DNA of 64,000 bases, from IMG/VR virus record IMGVR_UViG_3300027963_000039; one strand, written 5' to 3'. Positions 1 to 8,987 of this stretch are shown one piece after another. Each line of letters starts with the position of its first letter. Position 1 is the stretch's first letter. The notes beneath the pieces are model-generated. The model saw nothing but the letters and a program-made list of their open reading frames with translations, made no database searches and was not told the origin of the DNA. This DNA is from a virus. Both the position numbers and the translations under genes were made by a program.

Positions 1-789
1 AGTTCAAATCGTTTTTATCCAGTCTTTGTTACTGGACTTTCGGGTAACGGCAAAACCTTGATGGTCGAACAAGTGTGTGCCGAGTTGCAACGTGAATGTA
101 TCCGTGTGAATATTTCCATCGAAACTGATGAAACTGACCTGCTTGGTGGTCCTACACTAGTTAACGGTAACGTAGTTAATCGTGATGGTCCTGTTCTCCA
201 AGCAATGAAGCGTGGTGCTGTACTGTTGATTGACGAAGTTGATCGTGGATCAAACAAACTTATGTGTTTGCAAGGTATCATGGAAGGCAAACCGCACTAC
301 AACAAAAAATCTGGTGAAATGGTTTTTCCTAAGAAAGGATTTACCGTAATTGCAACAGCAAACACCAAAGGTCGTGGTTCAGATGAAGGTAAGTACCTTT
401 CACAAATTCTTGATGATGCTTTTCTAGAACGTTTCCCAATTACTGTCGAACAGGAATATCCTGATGCTAAGACAGAAAAGAAAATTCTGAAACCCCTGAT
501 CAAAGATGAAGATTTTGTGGAAAACTTAATCCAATGGGCTGATGTTGTTCGTAAATCATATCAAGAAGGTGCTACTGATGAAATTATTTCAACACGCCGT
601 CTTGTACACATTGCTACTGCCTTTGAAATTTTCAAAGATCGCATGAAAGCAATTACATTATGTGTCAATCGTTTTGATGAAGAAACGAAAATGGCATTTC
701 TAGATTTGTATTCCAAAGTAGATGCTTCCGTTGCATCGCCAGCGAATACAAGTACCACTACCGTTAGCACGGAAGAAACACCGTTCTAA
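1..789 (+). CDS. cobS: CobS/MoxR-like AAA+ ATPase of T4-like phages, 5'-truncated by the window edge
   Basis: Frame is open from base 1 (SSNRFYPVFVTGLSGNGKTLM): Walker A GLSGNGKT, Walker B VLLIDEVD, sensor IATANTKG, AFLERF, STRRLV. Confidence 0.85.
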   Translation, partial: SSNRFYPVFVTGLSGNGKTLMVEQVCAELQRECIRVNISIETDETDLLGGPTLVNGNVVNRDGPVLQAMKRGAVLLIDEVDRGSNKLMCLQGIMEGKPHYNKKSGEMVFPKKGFTVIATANTKGRGSDEGKYLSQILDDAFLERFPITVEQEYPDAKTEKKILKPLIKDEDFVENLIQWADVVRKSYQEGATDEIISTRRLVHIATAFEIFKDRMKAITLCVNRFDEETKMAFLDLYSKVDASVASPANTSTTTVSTEETPF

Positions 790-816
790 TACTAGTGGTA
801 AACAACCGAATGGGGC

Positions 817-845
817 TTGCCAACCTAGTTTCATTCGTGTATAAT
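817..845 (+). promoter_or_regulatory. sigma70-type early promoter
   Basis: TTGCCA-17 nt-TATAAT in the intergenic gap upstream of 901. Confidence 0.7.
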
Positions 846-900
846 GGTACTGTAGCCGTATTATGCTATATTATGTTTAATTTGAATAGGAAATATTAAA

Positions 901-1230
901 ATGAGTTTGACAATTCGCAAAGGTAAAGTTAATCGTCACGAAAAAATCACACAGGTAATGCTTACAGGCAAACCAGTGTCTCCAGAAGAAATCAAAACCG
1001 TATTTGAGGGCACCGACCAAGAAGCAGTTTTGTATCGCCTCTCCACAAATATCTATAACATCCGTAAAGATGGTGGTATTGTAAAAGTTATCAAGAATGG
1101 TCGCAAAGTTCAGGCTTACCAATTGGTTAACTTTGATCAGTTTGATGCTAATGGTCGTTTCAAAGGCACAGTTAAAACTGCACCAGTTGTTGTTGCAACT
1201 GAAAAAGTTGAAGCTGCTGCAGAAGTTTAA
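901..1230 (+). CDS. hypothetical basic protein, possibly winged-HTH DNA-binding
   Basis: 109 aa ORF with SD (AGGA); helix-helix-beta pattern RLSTNIYNIRKDGGIVKV. Confidence 0.6.
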   Translation: MSLTIRKGKVNRHEKITQVMLTGKPVSPEEIKTVFEGTDQEAVLYRLSTNIYNIRKDGGIVKVIKNGRKVQAYQLVNFDQFDANGRFKGTVKTAPVVVATEKVEAAAEV

Positions 1231-1240
1231 TTAATTCAAA

Positions 1241-1546
1241 ATGAAAAAGATTGTAATTAATGCCTGCCATGGTGGTTTTGGTTTATCTGAATTGGCTATT
1301 GAAAAGTACAAGAAGTTAACCAATAACACCAATCCATATTTTCATGACCTTACGATTCCCCGTGATTGTTTTCTATTAATCAAATTAGTAGAAGAACTCG
1401 GTGAAGATGTTAACAACAGATTTTCCAATTTAAAAATTGTGGAAATTCCCGATGATGTTGATTGGGAAATTGCTGAGTATGATGGTTTCGAATGGGTCGC
1501 TGAGATGCATAGAACTTGGAGTTGGCATGAACCAGAAGCTAATTGA
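1241..1546 (+). CDS. conserved phage hypothetical protein
   Basis: KIVINACHGGFGLS...LKIVEIPDDVDWEIAEYDGFEWVAE pattern common in phage early regions. Confidence 0.7.
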   Translation: MKKIVINACHGGFGLSELAIEKYKKLTNNTNPYFHDLTIPRDCFLLIKLVEELGEDVNNRFSNLKIVEIPDDVDWEIAEYDGFEWVAEMHRTWSWHEPEAN

Positions 1547-1841
1547 TTTGGTCCGAAAACTGAAAGATCATGAAACAAGGATGAACCAATATTTGGATTC
1601 TATTCCTTCAGATTTGAATTCAGTATTTTTTGATAATGTTTACGTAAACAATCTAGCAATGCAGCGTGATGCGTTAATCGAGGAATTATTCGGTGATATG
1701 GCCGAAGATGTCTATTGGTTTCTGTATGAGTTTGAAGCAGGAAAATCTACTGGTCCACATTTGATACTCGCTGACGGTACTAAGTACACATTTGTTACCG
1801 ATGAATCTTATTATGAATATTTAAAAAGTCTATGGATCTAA
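1527..1841 (+). CDS. hypothetical protein (likely start MNQKL at 1527)
   Basis: GGAG SD before ATG 1527; stop overlaps the next start. Confidence 0.6.
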   Translation: MNQKLIDLVRKLKDHETRMNQYLDSIPSDLNSVFFDNVYVNNLAMQRDALIEELFGDMAEDVYWFLYEFEAGKSTGPHLILADGTKYTFVTDESYYEYLKSLWI

Positions 1842-2077
1842 TGAACGAACAAAAAACTCAACGAGGTTTATCTATAGATAATATTGCAACAGATCCAGTT
1901 AGAATGAGAAAACGATGCGAATCATTAGTTGTTGCCATGGTGGGTAAAGAGTTAGAACAACAATGGTGGAACGGTCCAAACAAGGCATTCTGTGGTGATA
2001 CACCAGAACAGATGTATAGTGTTGCACCTTCAGTAGTGTATGCTTATCTGATGAAATCAGCAGAAGGAGAATGGTAA
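1841..2077 (+). CDS. stand-alone Xre/MbcA/ParS (DUF2384)-like antitoxin C-terminal domain protein
   Basis: motif QQWWNGPNKAFCGDTPEQM matches W-x3-N-x-A-x2-G-x2-P of DUF2384. Confidence 0.55.
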   Translation: MNEQKTQRGLSIDNIATDPVRMRKRCESLVVAMVGKELEQQWWNGPNKAFCGDTPEQMYSVAPSVVYAYLMKSAEGEW

Positions 2078-2286
2078 TGAACGAACGAATTGTTGAATTG
2101 ATTAAACAATCCGGTACCGATGTTTCTGGTAAGTGGATGAGTATGTATCAGGTAGAAAAGTTCGCCGAGTTGATTGTGCGGGAATGTGCCGACTTTGTTC
2201 GTGAATATCCTGAAAAGTATTTGACTCACAATCAAGCCAATGAGATTGGTTTTGGAATGGAAGAACATTTCGGAGTTGAAGAATGA
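2077..2286 (+). CDS. small hypothetical protein, MNER...FAELIVRECA...FGVEE family, copy 1
   Basis: paralogous to 2503-2706. Confidence 0.7.
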   Translation: MNERIVELIKQSGTDVSGKWMSMYQVEKFAELIVRECADFVREYPEKYLTHNQANEIGFGMEEHFGVEE

Positions 2287-2477
2287 ACGAACAACAATAC
2301 CCAGGTCTAAAAAGGCTTGAAAACGGTGATATTGAATATCAAGACCATATTTGGTGGAGTGAAGAATACTTCAAAGCGGGTAAGAATCCAATTGGTGTAA
2401 ACTTTGATGATCCTGTGAATTGTCGGTTTACTTTTGACATCGATGGTAATCTAAAGAATGTGGAATTTATAAAATAA
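2283..2477 (+). CDS. hypothetical protein
   Basis: 64 aa ORF, ATGA overlap, GGAG SD. Confidence 0.6.
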   Translation: MNEQQYPGLKRLENGDIEYQDHIWWSEEYFKAGKNPIGVNFDDPVNCRFTFDIDGNLKNVEFIK

Positions 2478-2502
2478 TCAATAAACATTTTGGAGTTGAA
2501 CT

Positions 2503-2706
2503 ATGAACGAACGAATTCGACAACTGGTTAGACAGGCTGGACTAGATGATGCTGACTTTCCTATTGAGAATTGGGATAATGTTCCCTTAGCAAATTTTGC
2601 CCAGTTGATTGTGAGGGAATGTGCTCTTACTGCTGGGTTAATGGAGCAAGAAGGTCGCAAAGGCATTGGCGCACAAATATTAGATAATTTCGGAGTTGAA
2701 GAATGA
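2503..2706 (+). CDS. small hypothetical protein, MNER...FAQLIVRECA...FGVEE family, copy 2
   Basis: paralogous to 2077-2286. Confidence 0.7.
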   Translation: MNERIRQLVRQAGLDDADFPIENWDNVPLANFAQLIVRECALTAGLMEQEGRKGIGAQILDNFGVEE

Positions 2707-3017
2707 ATAAATGGGCTGAAATGAAAGATAGATTTGATTTTGAACAGGCTTTGCTTGAGTGTTGGAAAATTACCGATGAAATTGGTTTACTCAACAAAAA
2801 TGTTTTAGAAGGAAAAATTGGCGGAGACGAAATGTCTCAAGATGAAATTTCCAACTTTCTGTTGGGGCTGGAAACCATCTATGAACACAAATTTGATGTT
2901 TTGTGGAATGGATTCGAAACAGTAATTATGAATATTGTTAGAGAAAATTCAATTCTTAAAGAAGAAGTTTCAGCTCTCCGTACACAATTGGTAGAAATTC
3001 AAAAAGGCGAAAAATGA
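2703..3017 (+). CDS. hypothetical protein
   Basis: 104 aa ORF, ATGA overlaps at both ends. Confidence 0.65.
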   Translation: MNKWAEMKDRFDFEQALLECWKITDEIGLLNKNVLEGKIGGDEMSQDEISNFLLGLETIYEHKFDVLWNGFETVIMNIVRENSILKEEVSALRTQLVEIQKGEK

Positions 3018-3232
3018 AATATATTGCAAAACCTCGGATGTCCAATAGTCTAGGAATGAAAGAATTCGACAACCAACTTGACGCGGTGATGTACTTAAAC
3101 AGCGTATTGAGTGCGAAGGATGGCGATGGGGAGCGATTTGATTACACCTACGTAGTACCGTCAGCATCTCCTAAGAACCTGCGTAGGACAGTCGAGGAAT
3201 ACGTCTGGATAGGCAAATTAATTGTTGTTTAA
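3014..3232 (+). CDS. hypothetical protein
   Basis: 72 aa ORF translationally coupled to upstream gene. Confidence 0.6.
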   Translation: MKYIAKPRMSNSLGMKEFDNQLDAVMYLNSVLSAKDGDGERFDYTYVVPSASPKNLRRTVEEYVWIGKLIVV

Positions 3233-3284
3233 TTACAACAAAATGGCAGAAAATGCTTGACTTATTTTGTGGTTGTGATACAGT
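3223..3284 (+). promoter_or_regulatory. palindrome plus sigma70-type promoter element, copy 1
   Basis: TGTTGT-N6-ACAACA (3223-3240), TTGACT (3257), TGGTTGTGA, TACAGT (3279). Confidence 0.55.
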
Positions 3285-3317
3285 ACTACTTCTTAACTTT
3301 TAAAAAGACTTTACACT

Positions 3318-3449
3318 ATGATTAATTTTATGGCCGGATGTGTTCTTGGTTTTTTTGTTGCAACGATAGGTTTTACTGGAATTGCAACATCCTTGGATAA
3401 AGGAATCGAAACAATTAAAAGCACCTCAATTACTGTGGATAAAAAATGA
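3318..3449 (+). CDS. small membrane protein (43 aa), not in ORF track
   Basis: MINFMAGCVLGFFVATIGFTGIATSLDKGIETIKSTSITVDKK*, ATGA overlap with 3446. Confidence 0.6.
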   Translation: MINFMAGCVLGFFVATIGFTGIATSLDKGIETIKSTSITVDKK

Positions 3450-3673
3450 AAAAACTTTTACTGATTTCTTTATTGTTTGTAACTGCTTGTAGTAGCACTC
3501 CTACAATTAAAGGTTACGAAGGGCCAAAAGCAATGCAACGTAATGATGTAATTGAAGGTGCTAGATCATGTGTCAACACTCGCATGAAACCGCAAATCAT
3601 TTATTTACCACAAAAAACAGAATTTGGTTCAATTTTAGTTCCCGTTGATGTACATTGCGAAGTCTATAGATAA
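3446..3673 (+). CDS. putative lipoprotein
   Basis: MKKLLLISLLFVTAC signal peptide and lipobox. Confidence 0.7.
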   Translation: MKKLLLISLLFVTACSSTPTIKGYEGPKAMQRNDVIEGARSCVNTRMKPQIIYLPQKTEFGSILVPVDVHCEVYR

Positions 3674-3684
3674 CAGGTAAACTT

Positions 3685-4008
3685 ATGGAAATGTTTTATC
3701 AGTTTGGCTTGACACAAAGAGCATTAGAGGGTATTATTATATTTGGTGGCGCAGCAGCTTTGTTGGCCATCTTTTGGCGTTTGATTGTGATTGGTGGCGG
3801 CATTATTTTGGTTGCCTATATCTTTATGCATCATCAACTTGAACCTGTTGATCCTGTTGTACAAGCACAATCACAAAAACAAGAATTTATGCAAGATTGT
3901 ATGGGTATTGCTATGAACGATAAAGATCATTGCGAACTCATTTGGAATGAAAGAATGATCGAAGAAAGGAAACTAAATGGCTCTGTGGAAAATCGAACCT
4001 CAATTTAA
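3685..4008 (+). CDS. hypothetical membrane protein
   Basis: two N-terminal hydrophobic segments. Confidence 0.6.
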   Translation: MEMFYQFGLTQRALEGIIIFGGAAALLAIFWRLIVIGGGIILVAYIFMHHQLEPVDPVVQAQSQKQEFMQDCMGIAMNDKDHCELIWNERMIEERKLNGSVENRTSI

Positions 4009-4369
4009 AAAATCTATTATTGACCGTAACTATTGGTCAAACGACCTTGGCCAAAACATTGTACACGAAACAGGTTGGCGCTGGGGCGAATTCTTTATTG
4101 TAACTGAAGATGATAATCCTCCAGATTTACCGGCAGATGGTAACTTTGATATTCTGGATTGTGGATACGAACTTCAAGACTTTTCAACTGATGATGGATG
4201 TTGGGAAGATTATGAATATGATGGATTTATCGAAGAAGAACAGCAAATCATAGAATCTTGGATTGAAGAAAATTCAATTTTTGATTTAGAGAATGAAGAA
4301 GGCGGATGGACTTGTAATGAATCCGAAATGTTTATTAATTGTCCGATTACAATCGAAAAAGTAGAATGA
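3977..4369 (+). CDS. acidic hypothetical protein
   Basis: 130 aa, strongly D/E- and W-rich. Confidence 0.65.
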   Translation: MALWKIEPQFKKSIIDRNYWSNDLGQNIVHETGWRWGEFFIVTEDDNPPDLPADGNFDILDCGYELQDFSTDDGCWEDYEYDGFIEEEQQIIESWIEENSIFDLENEEGGWTCNESEMFINCPITIEKVE

Positions 4370-4602
4370 TCGATGATGAAAAGCTGCTGAGCTTGGTTAC
4401 AGAAATTGATGAATTTATTATGCACGCTTGCGTTAAAGAGAATTTACCTCCACTAAACGTAACGGCAATTATATTGGCACGTTTAATTTCTTTAAACAAA
4501 AGATTTGGCCATGCCGAAGAAATGGTTAAATTGCTAGAAGAAGTTTGTAGTAAAATAGAAACCCGTGAAATTGACATGGATGAATGTAAGGTGATACATT
4601 AG
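4366..4602 (+). CDS. hypothetical protein (likely start 4366)
   Basis: ATGA overlap with the upstream stop. Confidence 0.6.
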   Translation: MIDDEKLLSLVTEIDEFIMHACVKENLPPLNVTAIILARLISLNKRFGHAEEMVKLLEEVCSKIETREIDMDECKVIH

Positions 4603-4605
4603 TAT

Positions 4606-4666
4606 TGTTGTTAATTTACAACACTTTAAATTATTTGCTTGACATTATTGTTGGTTGTGATATAAT
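4606..4666 (+). promoter_or_regulatory. palindrome plus sigma70-type promoter element, copy 2
   Basis: TGTTGT-N6-ACAACA (4606-4623), TTGACA (4639), TGGTTGTGA, TATAAT (4661). Confidence 0.7.
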
Positions 4667-4692
4667 ATTGTTTTAAGTTGGTAAGGATAAAA

Positions 4693-5571
4693 ATGAAAAT
4701 AGCTCTTGCATCCGACATTCATTTAGAATTTGGAGATATTAATTTACAAAACACCGAAAATGCTGATGTATTGATTCTTGGTGGGGATATCTGTGTAGCT
4801 AAAGACATTGGTCGACCAGATCCTCATAGTCTCATGGAAGGCAGCCGTAGTAGCCGAATTGTTGACTTTTTCAAGCGTTGTTCATTCCAGTTTCCTCATG
4901 TGATCTATATCATGGGTAACCATGAGCATTATCACGGCGACTTTGCTACAAGTGCAAACATAATCAAATCAATGTTAGAATCTAATATGTTAAGCAATGT
5001 GTATTTGCTTGATAAAGAGATTAAAAAAATCGATGATGTGACATTTATTGGTGGCACTCTTTGGACTGATATGAACAAAGAAGATGAAATGACACTACGT
5101 TCTATGTCTCGAATGATGAATGACTTCCGTTGTGTTGAAAATAGTAATCGTGTCGTTAATTATAGGGCTTTTGAAGATAAAGAGAATCCCGATAAACCTA
5201 CATTCAAGACTAAACCAGCAACATTTTCTCCAGAAGATGCTGTTGAAGATCACAAAAAAATGCTTGATTACATTCAAAACATAATTGAAGGTAAACATGA
5301 TGAAAAATTTGTTGTTGTAGGTCATCATGCTCCTAGTAGAGCGTCAACACATCCACGTTACAAAAATGAAACTTTGATGAATGGTGGTTATAGTTCATCA
5401 TTGGATGATTACATCATAGACCATCCGCAAATTAAATTGTGGACTCATGGTCACACACATGAAGATTTTGATTACATGATTGGTTCAACTAGAGTTGTTT
5501 GCAATCCTAGAGGGTACATTCATTACGAAGAACGTGCTGACAGATTTGAATTGAAATATATGGAAGTATGA
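4693..5571 (+). CDS. calcineurin-like metallophosphoesterase
   Basis: DIH, GD, GNHE, GHH and HGHTH metal-binding motifs. Confidence 0.9.
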   Translation: MKIALASDIHLEFGDINLQNTENADVLILGGDICVAKDIGRPDPHSLMEGSRSSRIVDFFKRCSFQFPHVIYIMGNHEHYHGDFATSANIIKSMLESNMLSNVYLLDKEIKKIDDVTFIGGTLWTDMNKEDEMTLRSMSRMMNDFRCVENSNRVVNYRAFEDKENPDKPTFKTKPATFSPEDAVEDHKKMLDYIQNIIEGKHDEKFVVVGHHAPSRASTHPRYKNETLMNGGYSSSLDDYIIDHPQIKLWTHGHTHEDFDYMIGSTRVVCNPRGYIHYEERADRFELKYMEV

Positions 5572-5768
5572 TGGTTTCTCTAAATCGCAAACAAATGGAA
5601 AAGTTGGTCAAAATTGCCGAACACTTCAAAGAGGTCGAATGGTTTACTATTGAAGAAGTCGAAAAAAACGGAATCGGACCTGAAGTACAGGTTCGGTTCA
5701 ATCTTTTTGGTGATATTGATAAAGATGATGATGTGAAGGTAGATATTACCGATCTATCGACTTGGTGA
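5568..5768 (+). CDS. hypothetical protein
   Basis: 66 aa coupled ORF ending DITDLSTW. Confidence 0.6.
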   Translation: MMVSLNRKQMEKLVKIAEHFKEVEWFTIEEVEKNGIGPEVQVRFNLFGDIDKDDDVKVDITDLSTW

Positions 5769-5772
5769 TAAT

Positions 5773-6375
5773 ATGGATACAAATCAAAAATTTCTGTCGT
5801 TAGACCTTGAGCTAAACAACGCTCAAGACAATTCAACACCCAACCCAAAAATTATTCAGGTGGGTGTTGCTGTTGGAAATTATGAAATGTATTGCAATGA
5901 TGAAATTATCACAGAGAAATGGTATTTGGATCCACACGAACCAATCTATCCTTTCATTACAGAATTAACCGGCATCACCGATGAAGATATACAAACCAAA
6001 TCGGTGACGCATGGTGTGCTTGCTGAAGAACTTGGTAAATTTATTAAACAACACAATGTGTTTGTAAATCCGGTAACTTGGGGTGGCGGAGATAGTACAG
6101 AATTAAAACAGGAATTTGTTGATAGGAATATTCCTTTTCAATTTTTTGGTCGCCGTTGGATTGATGTTAAAACCTGGCACATATTACACCTTTTAACGAA
6201 TGGTAAAAGACCTTCTGGAGGCTTGCGTTCTTCTTTGAATATACATAGAATGAAATTCTTAGGAACTCCGCATCGTGCTGATGATGATGCATTTAACACG
6301 TTAAGATTATTTTTTAAGTTGTTAGAAAACCAAAGAAAATTGTATAACATAAAAGAAATCACGGATTCATTATGA
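5773..6375 (+). CDS. DEDDh 3'-5' exonuclease (DnaQ/RNase T-like)
   Basis: SLDLE, ITELTGIT, WGGGD, HRADDDA motifs. Confidence 0.85.
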   Translation: MDTNQKFLSLDLELNNAQDNSTPNPKIIQVGVAVGNYEMYCNDEIITEKWYLDPHEPIYPFITELTGITDEDIQTKSVTHGVLAEELGKFIKQHNVFVNPVTWGGGDSTELKQEFVDRNIPFQFFGRRWIDVKTWHILHLLTNGKRPSGGLRSSLNIHRMKFLGTPHRADDDAFNTLRLFFKLLENQRKLYNIKEITDSL

Positions 6376-7220
6376 AAAAAATCTTAGTAACTGGTTCTAG
6401 TGGATACATTGGCCAACATCTTTGTAAATTATTGAAACAAAAAGGCACATATAAAGTATATGGACTGGACACCATAGTTAATAAAAAAAACGTTGACTCA
6501 TTTTTGCACCATTCTATTTCAGAAATAGATTACTATGGTCACGAAGGAATTTATGAAATCGATACACATTTCGACACCGTTATTCACTTAGCAGCACTAG
6601 TAAGAGTAAATGAAAGTGTGAAGTTTCCTGCAAACTATTATAAGACCAATTTGTTTGGTACTATAAATGTGTTGGAACAAATTTATTTTGATAATTTCAT
6701 ATTTGCTTCTACTGGTGCTGCATCCAATCCTTCAAGCCCTTACGGTTTATCTAAACTTTGTGCTGAAGATGTAGTTAAGAGTTATTGTGAAAAAACGAAT
6801 AAACCCTTTACAATATTCAGGTTCTATAATGTGATAGGTTCTGATGGAATTGCTCCAACCAATCCTGACGGGTTGTTTTATAACCTGATTAACGCAGAGA
6901 AAACAGGTGAATTTAATCTGTTTGGTGACGATTACAACACACCTGATGGTTCGCCTATTCGTGATTATGTGCATGTTATGGAAATTTGTAATGCACTCGA
7001 AACTGCAATTAAAAAGCCTGCACATGGATTGGAAAATTTAGGTCATGGCCATGGATTTTCTGTAAAAGAAATTGTTGATATTTACAAAAAAGTAAATGAT
7101 TGTGATTTTAAAGTTAATATGTTACCTCGGCGTGAAGGTGACTTGGAAAGAACTGTACTAGATAAGCCTTCTAGTTATTTGAAGTCTATGTATACCATTG
7201 AGGAGTTATTGAAAAAATGA
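6372..7220 (+). CDS. galE: NAD-dependent sugar epimerase, UDP-glucose 4-epimerase-like
   Basis: GSSGYIG, HLAA, YGLSK (YxxxK), RFYNV, GSPIRDYVHV, RREGD. Confidence 0.8.
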   Translation: MKKILVTGSSGYIGQHLCKLLKQKGTYKVYGLDTIVNKKNVDSFLHHSISEIDYYGHEGIYEIDTHFDTVIHLAALVRVNESVKFPANYYKTNLFGTINVLEQIYFDNFIFASTGAASNPSSPYGLSKLCAEDVVKSYCEKTNKPFTIFRFYNVIGSDGIAPTNPDGLFYNLINAEKTGEFNLFGDDYNTPDGSPIRDYVHVMEICNALETAIKKPAHGLENLGHGHGFSVKEIVDIYKKVNDCDFKVNMLPRREGDLERTVLDKPSSYLKSMYTIEELLKK

Positions 7221-7405
7221 AAGAAGGATATTCTGACATAGAACTTGAGCTCGAAAAAGAGTTGTTGTTTGATTTGATGTTTTTGGCTCATGAACGTGAC
7301 ATAACATTGAATCAATTAGTTGAAAATATTTTACGTGAATACCTTGAAAAAAATAAAGGTATTTCAACATGGGAAAATTGGAAAATGAATAAGGATATAA
7401 CATGA
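7217..7405 (+). CDS. small ribbon-helix-helix/HicB-like DNA-binding protein
   Basis: strand then helix ending LAHERDITLNQLVENILREYL. Confidence 0.5.
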   Translation: MKEGYSDIELELEKELLFDLMFLAHERDITLNQLVENILREYLEKNKGISTWENWKMNKDIT

Positions 7406-8352
7406 AAATTAAATTGTTAGTTATTTCGTTGATGATTGGTTTAACATCGGCTCATGCTCAAGAATGGCCCCAAAAACAGGTAAAAGTTATAGTTGGCGGC
7501 ACACCTGGAAGTACAGCTGATCTTTGGACTCGAACTATTTTTGATCAAGTTTCGAAACAAACAGGTAAAAATATAGTTGTGGAAAATCGAGGTGGTGCAG
7601 CTGGAACTATTGCTGGAAATGCGATTGTAAAATCTGAACCAGATGGACACACTCTTTTTGTCAATACCATCACACATACAGTTGCTCCTCTAATACAAAA
7701 ATCAGTACGGTATAATGTTGAAACAGATTTTACCAATATTTGCGGACTAGTCACGCAACCTTTTGTTCTGACTGCAAGTGTACGTTGGAAAAATATTGAT
7801 GAATTTGTCAAATATGGTAAAGAAAATCCTGGCAAATTAAACTGGGCTTCTCCTGGTTTAGGAAGTTCTGGTCACTTGTTGATGGAAAAATTTTCTTATG
7901 CTACAAATATTAAAATGGTACACATTCCTTATCGTGGTTCACCCGAAGCTTTGACAGATATTTTATCTGGCCAAGTAGACATTTTTCCATCAACTATCGG
8001 ACACTCCTTATCTGTGGTAAAAGAGGGCCATGCAAACAATCTTGTTGTCACATCACCAAAACGATCCCCAATCACACCAGATGTACCTACTTTAAATGAA
8101 TCAGGAATTAAAAATTCAAATTACATTTATTGGCTTGGTTTGTTTGGTCCAGCAAAAATTAATCCTATTATAGTTGAAAATATCAACTTAGAGGTTCAGC
8201 GAGCTATGTCGTCATCCGAAGTTAAATCAAAATTAAATGAATTGGGATATGAACCAATTAAAATGTCTCCATCAGAATTTGATACTTTTGTTAGGAATGA
8301 AATTAAACAACATAAAGAAATTATATCTCGTTCTAAAATGACAATGGAGTAA
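7402..8352 (+). CDS. Bug/TctC tripartite tricarboxylate transporter periplasmic binding protein
   Basis: signal peptide, WPQKQVKVIV, VVENRGGAAGTIA, PDGHTL, ASPGLGSSGH, HIPYRGS, PDVPTLNESG. Confidence 0.9.
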   Translation: MKIKLLVISLMIGLTSAHAQEWPQKQVKVIVGGTPGSTADLWTRTIFDQVSKQTGKNIVVENRGGAAGTIAGNAIVKSEPDGHTLFVNTITHTVAPLIQKSVRYNVETDFTNICGLVTQPFVLTASVRWKNIDEFVKYGKENPGKLNWASPGLGSSGHLLMEKFSYATNIKMVHIPYRGSPEALTDILSGQVDIFPSTIGHSLSVVKEGHANNLVVTSPKRSPITPDVPTLNESGIKNSNYIYWLGLFGPAKINPIIVENINLEVQRAMSSSEVKSKLNELGYEPIKMSPSEFDTFVRNEIKQHKEIISRSKMTME

Positions 8353-8354
8353 TT

Positions 8355-8987
8355 ATGAAAGTTTATTTTAATGGTTATCAGAACACTTGGGTTTCACCTT
8401 ATACCATTCTAGAAAAGGTATTGTTCTGGAAGGATTGGGAAAATATTGACTATGACACACCTTGGGTTGAAAAATGGTCGAATCGTTTACAACCTTTCTG
8501 CAAGGCCTTACAAAAAGTACTTCAAGTTTTTAGGCCACATATTCGTTATGTGAAGATTGATGCTTATGATACTTGGTCAATGGACCATACATTGGCGTAT
8601 ATTATTGTTCCTATGTTGAAGCAACTTCATGCAACTAAACATGGCGCCCCATTAGTTGATGATGAAGATGTGCCTGATGAATTAAAATCAATCAATGCAC
8701 CACCAAAAGAAAATGAATATGATACTGATGGTAACCATTTCAAGCGTTGGGATTGGGTTATGGAAGAAATGATTTGGTCTTTTGAACAAGAACTCAAAGA
8801 CGATGATGAGTCTCAATTTTTTGATCATTCAGCATATGATAGTGACGATACCAAAGCATGGTTTAAAGATATGTCCAACGGTGTAAGTAAAATCAAAATT
8901 GACCGTGAAGGATTGGAAGCACACCAAAAGAGAAAACAAAACGGATTCAATCTTTTTGGTAAATACTATCAGGCACTTTGGGACTGA
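8355..8987 (+). CDS. conserved phage hypothetical protein
   Basis: DTWSMDHTLAYIIVPMLKQL...LFGKYYQALWD pattern. Confidence 0.7.
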   Translation: MKVYFNGYQNTWVSPYTILEKVLFWKDWENIDYDTPWVEKWSNRLQPFCKALQKVLQVFRPHIRYVKIDAYDTWSMDHTLAYIIVPMLKQLHATKHGAPLVDDEDVPDELKSINAPPKENEYDTDGNHFKRWDWVMEEMIWSFEQELKDDDESQFFDHSAYDSDDTKAWFKDMSNGVSKIKIDREGLEAHQKRKQNGFNLFGKYYQALWD

